This document shows, piece after piece, positions 8,311 to 16,914 of a stretch of 32,000 nt of DNA (positions are counted from its first letter, which is position 1; every line of letters starts with the position of its first letter). The notes under the pieces are model-generated. The model was not told where the DNA came from, did no database searches, and saw nothing but the letters and a program-made list of their open reading frames with translations. The position numbers and the translations under genes are program-made. Source of the DNA: an uncultured archaeon (GTDB taxonomy: Archaea > Asgardarchaeota > Thorarchaeia > Thorarchaeales > Thorarchaeaceae); contig CAYHAA010000001.1 in assembly GCA_964354495.1 (NCBI GenBank), forward strand, positions 646,936-678,935, written 5' to 3'.

Positions 8311-8904
8311 TTGCAGACTGATCTTCTTACACTGATGACCGCAAACCTACTCTTCTCTGTAAAGATTACTCCATTGGTGGTAGTGATTGCCACCCTAATT
8401 CGTTCCCTTCTTCTCTTCTCAGGGAACAAGAGAGCTTTCAAGTCTTGGACTAGAAATGCTCTCCTATCAGCTATTACCATCGTGTTTCTTCCGGGCAGCA
8501 TTGTGAACACTGCAGTTCGTTATGTAGTCTGTTCGCTTTTCAGAATTGACTTGAACGGCGTTGGCGCAGGAAGCACATATGCTGAGCTCAACCTCTTTCT
8601 GAAAGTGGATTCTCCTCCACGTGTGGCTGTTCTCGTTTCTGCCCTCTATGTCAGCACAGTTGCATCCATCTTCATTGGGTTCTCACTACTTGTTCTTCCA
8701 GTGGTCTTCGTTGCCGGTGCTCCTCTGCAGCTGCTTTGTTGGTACTTGGCACTCGGAGTGCTTTTCAACAGCTCACTTCGCGGAGGCGATGTGTCCCTGC
8801 TCGGAGCCGCGCTGCATGGTCACCCTGGAAAAGGCATTGCTGAGTTCATTATTGCTGTCATTGTCCTCGCAGTCTTCTACTCATTTGTGGGGGTCGGAGT
8901 ATGA
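8311..8904 (+). CDS. Polytopic membrane protein resembling membrane zinc metallopeptidases but lacking HExxH
   Basis: 4-5 hydrophobic segments. FLPGSIVNTAVRYVVCSLF matches the 'PG..vHE..H...c...' pattern with NTAVR in place of HExxH. TTG at 8311 follows GGAGG at 7 nt; the ORF track starts it at 8275. Confidence 0.55.
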   Translation: MQTDLLTLMTANLLFSVKITPLVVVIATLIRSLLLFSGNKRAFKSWTRNALLSAITIVFLPGSIVNTAVRYVVCSLFRIDLNGVGAGSTYAELNLFLKVDSPPRVAVLVSALYVSTVASIFIGFSLLVLPVVFVAGAPLQLLCWYLALGVLFNSSLRGGDVSLLGAALHGHPGKGIAEFIIAVIVLAVFYSFVGVGV

Positions 8905-9086
8905 GTCTTGTACAAGACAACCAATCAATCATGTCCCGGGTCGATCCGTTCCCCGACGAACCACACCGTTTTCTACCATGCTGGACCTGCAGCTTGATGC
9001 AATTCCTGATCCGTCTTTTCCTAGAAGATCGACCCGTTGGACACCCTCTCATCAGCTTAGAAGAATCGGGAGTGGATATCCTGTGA
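8901..9086 (+). CDS. Small 61-aa protein with a CxxC motif, translationally coupled on both sides
   Basis: The start overlaps the upstream stop (ATGA, 8901-8904) and its stop overlaps the downstream start (TGATG, 9084-9088). Contains CWTC. Confidence 0.55.
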   Translation: MSLVQDNQSIMSRVDPFPDEPHRFLPCWTCSLMQFLIRLFLEDRPVGHPLISLEESGVDIL

Positions 9087-12000
9087 TGAAACAAGCCCTC
9101 ATCTGCACCTTATTTGTATGCACCATTCTGTTTGCTATTCCGATGACTGCAGTCATAGCTCCAATCGGCGATACAGCAGAAGAGCAGTTTAATGTCGAAG
9201 AAACTGACTTGAGCGCTGCTGACGCTGGCATCACACGTCCCAGCAATCCTTACATTGTCCTAGAACTCACTTCAGGTGATGTGCCTGCCCGAGGAGATGC
9301 ATGGTCTCAGCTGTTGAGTTCCAAAGGAATCCCGAACGTACTACTGAGAACTGAAGATGTTCTATTGAATTCCTCGGTGATATCGGACACGCCTGCGATT
9401 CTTCTTGACGGAAGCCTTGGATCCTACAGCGGAAATCTTGTTTCGCAGTCTCTGATTGATTTGCTCATCCGCCTAGATACATCTCTGATACTTACTGGAC
9501 GTTCGGCCTGGTTATTGCACAGATACTCGGGCCGAGGTTCACCCTCTCTGACCGCTCCAGCTGAGACGAAGCTACTCGGCTCGTCAACGTACTCTGGAGC
9601 GGTCTTCCTCTCACAGCCTGAATCTCTTACTGTTGGCCTGCCTCTGACGTCTGAGAATGGTCTAGTGTTCCCAGTCGATGAAGCTCAAACTGAGATGTCA
9701 CTACTCGTGAATCTCACTCGGAGCACAGACTCCTCGACTATAGCTCCTCTCAGACATGATTCTTGGCCGCTAGATGTCTTCCTGTTCGCACCTGAGAATC
9801 CTGGTTTCCTGACATCGACTGGAGAGGGGCTTCTCGTGAACGTCATCGCATTCTGTACTGCGATACGTGAGTCTTCTACTGCATCTATTCTATCAGGGTT
9901 TCAAACCACGCAGAGTGCTCTTCTTGCAGGAGGAATGAGGTACATGCATGAACCCACGATTTCGTCTACGTATTTTGCAGTGCATACGATGGAGTCCCTC
10001 CTAGTGGGTTCCTCGTGGGAGAACTGGGTGTTGACAAACGCACCTCTGGTTCAAGACATACTCACGAGTCTTCTTGTAGACTATGGCTCAGAAGCAGGCT
10101 TTATGACATCGCAGACAGATACTGTTGTCGACTGCAGAAGCACTGCTCAGGGCCTCTGGCTTGTAAGTGAAATGAGTCTTACTGTTTCTTTCCCTGTTAC
10201 TGAGATTGTTGCATACCTAAGTGCCCGACAGAGTTCTGATGGAGGATTCGAGAATTATGTTACCACAACCTTTCACGTCACCGAATCACTTTGGGCTTCA
10301 GGGTGGCTTTCCAGCATCGATTCAAACCAGCTGGAGATTTGGTTAAGGTCTCTGGTCATTGATGGCGCAAAGACCTCCAATCCTGATCTCTGGGGTGCAA
10401 TAGGTTCGAATCCCACTAGTACCTCACCGTTGAGCAACTATGCAACAGAGTATCTGAGGTCTCTGTTCTTCCTCGGAAGAGCTCACGCAGACCCGTCAAA
10501 GTTGACAAGCTGGATTCTGACTAGAACCTCAAATGGCGACGGCTCATTCAGGAACTCAATAGGTCTTGATGAGGAGGTCGTCACTGGTACGGCTTCGGCC
10601 TTGACAAGCATGCAGATACTCGGTACTCTGAATGGGCTGAACAGGACCTCTGGGCTAAGCTGGCTCACTGATAATCAACTTGCATCAGGTGGTTTCGGTT
10701 TGAAGACTGCCACATCTGACCTTGTTGGCAAGACGCGCGAAACCTCTCGAGTGGCAGCCTGTCTTAAGATGCTCGGAGAAACCTCAGGACCTCTTGTGAC
10801 TGGAGCCGTAGCTTATGTCTATTCAATCACTACTGATGTTGGGTTCGAGCCTATGGACCCACTGCCATCGCTTATGTGGACAAGCTGGCTTCTCGAGACG
10901 GGTAGGCTGATACATGCTTCCCAGAGCGTCGACCTTGACCTCGCCCGAAACTACATCTCCTGTTATGACGGACCATCTACGCTCACTGTCTATCCGTTCT
11001 GGGAGAATCTCACTACCATGAGCTCACCTGAGTATGGCATGAACCAGTATAGAACAAAGAGTGTCTGGATACAGTACTTTGGAGTTTCTGCAGCTCGTTC
11101 TCTTGGCATAGAACCTGCGCCGAGTGTTGCTTCAGACATCGTCCTCTATCTCTCCCAGACTCAATACGCCACTGGACATTACCGACCAACGCCGCTCACA
11201 GGCACAGCTCACATGCAGCACTCAGTGGCTGCTGTAGAAACTCTCTATATCTTAAATGAGCTTGACACAATCCTCTATAGAGAGGCCTTGGAAACAGCCA
11301 TTCTCTCGATGTATAGCGCTGGTTCGTGGAATACTGCTGGGTGGACTCTCAAACCATTCGCTGGCTCTCAACACGCCATCGACTATCTGTCGACATGTGC
11401 TGCCATTCGATTGGGAATCGTTACTCCTGCCATGGCCGCTGAGATAGCAGCCTGCATAGACGCTCGTCTACAGTACTCTGATCTCTTGGCATTGAGCTGG
11501 GATGTTGCTACGTTGTCTCTCTTGCAGACTTCAGCCTTCTCCGCAGGGCTTGAGTCCGTGGACACATCACTTGTGCTTGATGCCCTGAAGTCATCTCATT
11601 TTGTTGATGGATGGTTCAATGCAACCAGACTCTGGCAACCTGTCTTGACAATGAGTGTGCTCAAGATGGTGTCCATTCTGGGGCTTCGATGTCTTCTTGA
11701 TGACATTCCTGGTTCTTCATTCACTGCTAGCGCCAGTCCGACAGCAGAACTTGGGACTGTGCTTGATATCTCCATAAGTATAGCCTCCTCGTCAGAAACT
11801 CACTCTGTCATAGTCAGAGCACTCGACATATCACTATTGTTCAATAATGTAGGAAACAACGACACGCTGCAGCTACCGATACCTGCAAACAGAGAATGTC
11901 TTGGTCCCTGGAGCATTTCGTTGATGATTTCCGATTGGGGCTCTTCTCGTGCCTTTGGTGCATTAGAGATTGTCCTCGAAGGAACGTTACAGGGTTCTGC

Positions 12001-15000
12001 AGCGTTGACGACTCCAGCTGTGAAAATGGGCGCATTCATAAACGGAACTATTCTGTGGACACTCTCAAACGGCTTAGACGCTGGTCCTGCTCATACAACA
12101 ATTCGCCTAGGCAATCCACCAACGTATCGCCAATGGAGCTATGATACACCTTCCCCCTTCGTATTCTCAGTGCCCACTTCCGACTTTGATGCTGGTATCT
12201 ATTCGCTCACGGTCACGGTGGAGGTGCCATACTGTGTATCCCTCATACTCAGCGAAGAGGTAGTGATTGCAGAGCCGAATCCAACCTACATGAGCGCTCC
12301 GACAAGCTCTGATGGTCAGGTGGGCAACGAACTCCGCATAGAATGGTCATTACATTGCGTTGAGGACAACACCCTGATTGGAAGCCAGGCGGTGAGCTTG
12401 GTCATCAGAGACAATGCTAATTCAATTGTATTCACTGATGCGCTGATTTCCAGTACCAGCGGCAATGTGTTTCTCTGGATTCCAGAAGTGAGGGGCGACT
12501 TTACGTTCCAGCTGCTCTTTGATGGGAATGGCACTTTGGATAGTAGCCAAGTGGAAGGGAGTATTCGTGTCTATGAGGAAACCGTTCTTTCTTGGATGGG
12601 TGGAGGCACGATGAATCAGTATTCAACTGTGAACCTCTCAGTCCTTCTGCAGACCTCGCAAGGAGCGGCTCTCAGTGGGCAGGCAATACAAGTACTCGTC
12701 CAAGCTCCTTCGTCAGTCACTGTTATAGATAGTTGGTGTGTCACGAATTCAACAGGATATGCTACGATTCTGTTTTCATTATCACAGAATGGTGTCTATC
12801 TGCTCCAGGCTCAATACCCTGCAAGCAGTTTTCTCCAAGGCTCTAGTGCCTCAGAATCTCTGACCTCATGGTCATCAAGCTCTCTAGTACTGGGTGGAAT
12901 CGAATCTGAGGTGACGATTGGTGGTACTTTTCAGCTACGGGCACAGCTTGATGATCTTGTACTGAATCCTGTGCCTGGACAGCCCGTTCTTCTGCGAATA
13001 ACGTTCCTGCCATCCACAGTCCTTGTGGAGCAGACACTCACGTCGGACTCGGGTGGCTACGTGTTTGTTGAATGGACAGCAGGCTCAGCAGGTACCTATA
13101 GATTTGAGGCGATCTATAGTGGAACGATATCGAGAGCCTCCTCTACCGAGAACATTGATTTTCAAGTTCTCATTCCTGTTGCACTCACTCTCACTACTGC
13201 CACATCATCTGAGACAGGCTCTGAAGAATCAATACTCGTAGTGACAGTTGATCATCTTGGTAATCCTATCTCCGGCATCTCTATCTCATTGATTGTGCGT
13301 GGGCCCGGAGGCACAACTCTGTACACGAATCAGTCCTCCACAACGGGTGGCTCTGTCACATTTCTGTGGGCACCATCCCAGAGAGGAGTGAATGAAATCA
13401 CCGTGGTTTCGGCGCGACAGACTTGGTATCACGAAGCATCATCTTCAGTCACGGTGAATGTGTACGAGACTCCTGCTATTGATGTTGAGATTCCGTTGGA
13501 TGCCATTGCACCAACAAGTGATACAATCGAGATTTTCATCTTCGACCATGAGAGTCAACCAGTGCAAGGAGTCACTATTCGAGTTCAGATTAAGCTGAAT
13601 GCAACGACAATAGTCGATGGCAATTTCGTGACAGATGGCAACGGGCTTGTCAGTATCACAGTGAATCTTGACATTCCAGGTTTCCTTCAAGCCGAGACTA
13701 CGCTCTTGCCTCAGGGATGGTTCCTCGAGGCTACTGCAAGTTCGAACAGTGTAGTATCGTCTGCCACAACTCTCCTGATCATAATCCCTGGCCAACCCGT
13801 GCAACAAAGCTCGACAGTTGGAATATCATTTTCTCTTAGCGACTTCTCAGGTGCTCCCTTGGCCGCATCAATGATTCAGATTGAAATTGCCTGGGGTAAC
13901 GGAACAGTCATTCGGTCTGTTACTCGTGTGACTGATAGCACAGGCCATTGTGCTCTTGCACAAACCTTCAATTCTGTCGGAGACTTTGTCATTCGTGGTT
14001 CATACAGTGGCTATGGCTCAAACTCTTCTGCTACTCATGCTGTTGCACAGCGTGTGTTCGTCACGCCATTGATTGATGTAGCTCATGAACCAAGCTGCAT
14101 TTCTGGAGAAGCCATGGAGTTCATTGTCAATCTCACCGATGCCCTTGGCAACAACATCATGGGAAGGACAGTGCAACTGAGCATTGAACAGGGAGGATCA
14201 ATTGTCTTCGAGGCCCAGTTTCTGTCGGGCGCGGGTCCATCAACAATCACTTGGTATCCGACTCAGGGAGGTATTGCTACAATCACAGTAGTCCATCTTG
14301 GGAATATGTACTACCTCACAACATCGATGGACACAGCAGTATCCATCATGGAACTCGTCAGCGGCTCTATCGTTCTATTGCCATGTGAGATTGACATATT
14401 CGATTCAGCAGTTCTTGTTTACATTCTCGAAACCGCTATTCCGAGAAGCGGCGTTATAATCCGTTTTGAAGTACTTGGAATGGACTTGGTTCCTGTGTGG
14501 ACAGCTGATCGTCTGACAAACGCTTCAGGTATGGCATCAGTTATCTACACCGCGACAGAAACGCATGGAGTCCTTCACGTGAATGCAGGCCCTATCGCTG
14601 ATGAGTTCCTGATTGGCGGCGACGTCCGAGAGCAACTCATTGTCAAGACGTTCTGCAACATCACAGCATCTCTGCAGCCAACACCGCCGCGCGTGAACAC
14701 TCTCACTAATATCACAGTTCATGTAATAGACGACCTGGGCGGAACTATCGACGGTCCAACAGTCACTGTAAGTCTGTACAATCCCTACGGAGAGATTGTG
14801 AAGCTAGGCCTCTGGACTAATTCTGAAACAGTCCCTATTGAGAACGGCTTGGCTGTTGTGGACTTCGTACCCACAATGGCAGGTCTATATACTGTAGTTT
14901 CGAGCTCGTCAGGTTCAACCACAGTTCATGGATTCAGCGGTACGACTCAACACACGGTCTATTCTGTGACCCAGCTCGTGCTGATTGCATCTGCATACGA

Positions 15001-16912
15001 GCTCGAGGTGGGACAGACACTAGATGTTATGGCAAGACTTCTTGATCACAATAGTATGCCGCTTGTGGGGAGAAACATTACCCTATACCTTGATGGTCTA
15101 GGTACTGGTTCCTTAGGTCCCATTGTACCGGCTACGAACTCGACTGGTTATGTGTCGTGGAGTGTCACGATTGATGATGAAGGAGTCTGGGTTTTGACTG
15201 CGTCTTTCGGTGGGTTGGGTGTGTATCTTCCTGCAAGCACTGATGCTGCGATCAATGTCAGATACGGGACGGTGATTAGCCTCTCGCTCGAGACCTCTGG
15301 CGATATTGTTGCAGGCGAAACAATAGCATCGTTTTCCATCCTGTTGGCAGATTCAGGAGGAACGCCACTTGAGGGCTTCACGGTTCATTATGAGGTCCAT
15401 GAAGAGAATCTTGGGCTTGTTGTCCAAGGGAGCATAATTCAGACTGACACTGATGTGATTATTCTGAATCTTACCATCGAGCAAATGGGCATCTATGCAA
15501 TCCTTGTTTCCTTCAGTGGAACGAATCACTATCACGCATCAAACGCCGGGATTCAGTTCCTGGTTCTCGGCACTACCAATGCTGTATCACCAATTTCAGA
15601 GCGCATCGATAGATCAACGGAGAATGCAACTCGGATTGTGATAGAGGATGAGGTTTCCGTGCCGATTCCTCCGGCCGAACTTGATGTCACAATTGAGCTC
15701 CATGGTCCGGATGGACTGGTTGACCTCTCAGGTCGCCTTGTGTGGAATGAGTCTTGGGTGGACTTCTACATCTATGGACTCCCTACCGGCGATTATGTCC
15801 TCGGCGTCACCGTGCTAGCAGCAGACATGCGCCAAGGATGCAGCGCTCAATTCGATTTTGCCATCACTAGTACTGCGTGTCTCGCTGTTTCTGAAGAAAC
15901 CCTCCCTGGACTGATTTCTAAACCTCATTCTCTAACTTTCGTCTTGATGGACTCTTTGGAGGAGGTTGTGGACGCAGTTGATGTCTGGGTGAGTCTGTAT
16001 GATCCACTCGGCCGTGAGATCTATGGGCATCCACTTTCGACGCGAACACTGCTTCATTCCTCTCTCATGGGAACTGAGGTCTCTTGGACTCCGACTCTTA
16101 TTGGTGAGTATCGCCTCGTTCTTGTCTTCGAGGGTGATGACTTCTTCGATGCAACATCGCTAGAGGTCATTGTTCTGGTACTTCATGAGAGCTCGATAAC
16201 TCTGGCTGCACCATCCCAGTCCGAATTCGGCGAGATGATACCTGTATCCTTAACACTGCAGGGCGCCCTCGGAGGTATCTCAGGAGTCACAGTCATACTG
16301 ACAGTGTCAATGGAGGGAGAAATCGAACAGCAGCTATCTCTTGTCACAGGAAGTCGTGGCATCGTAAGCACCAATCTTGTAGGTCTCTTGGCAGGGTCTC
16401 ATGCTATCGTAGTGGCATTCTCGGGCTCTGCCACGCAGGCTTCGTGCATAGGAAATATGACTGTAGTCGTTGTTCCTGTTTTTGTGATTGCGCTTGATTC
16501 AAGGGGTGACCTCTTTGTGGGACACAACTGTAGTGTTGATGTTTCGGTGAGCATCCTTGGGCTGTCCTCTGCCTGGAATGGATCTCTTGAAGCTGTTCTC
16601 TTCGACACCGCTCGCTCTAGGGTCGACACATGGAATATTGAGATAGGTCCATACTCGCTCTTTGTCATCGATTTCCTGCCTCTCGCTGAAGGCGCCTATT
16701 CGCTGAATGTCACCATCACAGGCTTGCCTATCATTGCAGAGAGGGTTCTTCCGATGGCGATTGCGATAGTGCGCGAGACACTAACACTGCAGTTGGATCC
16801 ACAGACCACACCAATGTTTGGCGGGCTAGGCATCCTCGCTATTGTGGGGTTGGTCATTAGGAAGAAAATGAAGAGCATGCTCGAGTCGATGCCAGGAGAA
16901 TGGAGAGAATAA
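9086..16912 (+). CDS. Giant cell-surface protein (~2608 aa): signal peptide, prenyltransferase/squalene-cyclase-type alpha/alpha repeats, many Ig-like repeats, C-terminal TM anchor
   Basis: ATG 9086 follows GGGAGTGG and opens the signal peptide MKQALICTLFVCTILFAIPMTAVIA. QW-like repeats: LSARQSSDGGF, WILTRTSNGDGSF, WLTDNQLASGGFG, YLSQTQYATGHY. At least 11 Ig-type 'L.D..G.P..G..V' motifs and at least 25 NxS/T sequons. C-terminal FGGLGILAIVGLVI-RKKMK. Confidence 0.85.
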   Translation: MKQALICTLFVCTILFAIPMTAVIAPIGDTAEEQFNVEETDLSAADAGITRPSNPYIVLELTSGDVPARGDAWSQLLSSKGIPNVLLRTEDVLLNSSVISDTPAILLDGSLGSYSGNLVSQSLIDLLIRLDTSLILTGRSAWLLHRYSGRGSPSLTAPAETKLLGSSTYSGAVFLSQPESLTVGLPLTSENGLVFPVDEAQTEMSLLVNLTRSTDSSTIAPLRHDSWPLDVFLFAPENPGFLTSTGEGLLVNVIAFCTAIRESSTASILSGFQTTQSALLAGGMRYMHEPTISSTYFAVHTMESLLVGSSWENWVLTNAPLVQDILTSLLVDYGSEAGFMTSQTDTVVDCRSTAQGLWLVSEMSLTVSFPVTEIVAYLSARQSSDGGFENYVTTTFHVTESLWASGWLSSIDSNQLEIWLRSLVIDGAKTSNPDLWGAIGSNPTSTSPLSNYATEYLRSLFFLGRAHADPSKLTSWILTRTSNGDGSFRNSIGLDEEVVTGTASALTSMQILGTLNGLNRTSGLSWLTDNQLASGGFGLKTATSDLVGKTRETSRVAACLKMLGETSGPLVTGAVAYVYSITTDVGFEPMDPLPSLMWTSWLLETGRLIHASQSVDLDLARNYISCYDGPSTLTVYPFWENLTTMSSPEYGMNQYRTKSVWIQYFGVSAARSLGIEPAPSVASDIVLYLSQTQYATGHYRPTPLTGTAHMQHSVAAVETLYILNELDTILYREALETAILSMYSAGSWNTAGWTLKPFAGSQHAIDYLSTCAAIRLGIVTPAMAAEIAACIDARLQYSDLLALSWDVATLSLLQTSAFSAGLESVDTSLVLDALKSSHFVDGWFNATRLWQPVLTMSVLKMVSILGLRCLLDDIPGSSFTASASPTAELGTVLDISISIASSSETHSVIVRALDISLLFNNVGNNDTLQLPIPANRECLGPWSISLMISDWGSSRAFGALEIVLEGTLQGSAALTTPAVKMGAFINGTILWTLSNGLDAGPAHTTIRLGNPPTYRQWSYDTPSPFVFSVPTSDFDAGIYSLTVTVEVPYCVSLILSEEVVIAEPNPTYMSAPTSSDGQVGNELRIEWSLHCVEDNTLIGSQAVSLVIRDNANSIVFTDALISSTSGNVFLWIPEVRGDFTFQLLFDGNGTLDSSQVEGSIRVYEETVLSWMGGGTMNQYSTVNLSVLLQTSQGAALSGQAIQVLVQAPSSVTVIDSWCVTNSTGYATILFSLSQNGVYLLQAQYPASSFLQGSSASESLTSWSSSSLVLGGIESEVTIGGTFQLRAQLDDLVLNPVPGQPVLLRITFLPSTVLVEQTLTSDSGGYVFVEWTAGSAGTYRFEAIYSGTISRASSTENIDFQVLIPVALTLTTATSSETGSEESILVVTVDHLGNPISGISISLIVRGPGGTTLYTNQSSTTGGSVTFLWAPSQRGVNEITVVSARQTWYHEASSSVTVNVYETPAIDVEIPLDAIAPTSDTIEIFIFDHESQPVQGVTIRVQIKLNATTIVDGNFVTDGNGLVSITVNLDIPGFLQAETTLLPQGWFLEATASSNSVVSSATTLLIIIPGQPVQQSSTVGISFSLSDFSGAPLAASMIQIEIAWGNGTVIRSVTRVTDSTGHCALAQTFNSVGDFVIRGSYSGYGSNSSATHAVAQRVFVTPLIDVAHEPSCISGEAMEFIVNLTDALGNNIMGRTVQLSIEQGGSIVFEAQFLSGAGPSTITWYPTQGGIATITVVHLGNMYYLTTSMDTAVSIMELVSGSIVLLPCEIDIFDSAVLVYILETAIPRSGVIIRFEVLGMDLVPVWTADRLTNASGMASVIYTATETHGVLHVNAGPIADEFLIGGDVREQLIVKTFCNITASLQPTPPRVNTLTNITVHVIDDLGGTIDGPTVTVSLYNPYGEIVKLGLWTNSETVPIENGLAVVDFVPTMAGLYTVVSSSSGSTTVHGFSGTTQHTVYSVTQLVLIASAYELEVGQTLDVMARLLDHNSMPLVGRNITLYLDGLGTGSLGPIVPATNSTGYVSWSVTIDDEGVWVLTASFGGLGVYLPASTDAAINVRYGTVISLSLETSGDIVAGETIASFSILLADSGGTPLEGFTVHYEVHEENLGLVVQGSIIQTDTDVIILNLTIEQMGIYAILVSFSGTNHYHASNAGIQFLVLGTTNAVSPISERIDRSTENATRIVIEDEVSVPIPPAELDVTIELHGPDGLVDLSGRLVWNESWVDFYIYGLPTGDYVLGVTVLAADMRQGCSAQFDFAITSTACLAVSEETLPGLISKPHSLTFVLMDSLEEVVDAVDVWVSLYDPLGREIYGHPLSTRTLLHSSLMGTEVSWTPTLIGEYRLVLVFEGDDFFDATSLEVIVLVLHESSITLAAPSQSEFGEMIPVSLTLQGALGGISGVTVILTVSMEGEIEQQLSLVTGSRGIVSTNLVGLLAGSHAIVVAFSGSATQASCIGNMTVVVVPVFVIALDSRGDLFVGHNCSVDVSVSILGLSSAWNGSLEAVLFDTARSRVDTWNIEIGPYSLFVIDFLPLAEGAYSLNVTITGLPIIAERVLPMAIAIVRETLTLQLDPQTTPMFGGLGILAIVGLVIRKKMKSMLESMPGEWRE

Positions 16913-16914
16913 TC

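Noticed and set aside
8621-9085. 155-aa N-terminal extension of the 2763-aa ORF
   Set aside because: It overlaps two better-supported genes in other frames. The signal peptide and RBS point to ATG 9086.
9563-11700. Calling the giant protein a squalene-hopene cyclase or alpha-2-macroglobulin
   Set aside because: No DxDD or CGEQ motif. Only the generic toroid repeats are present.
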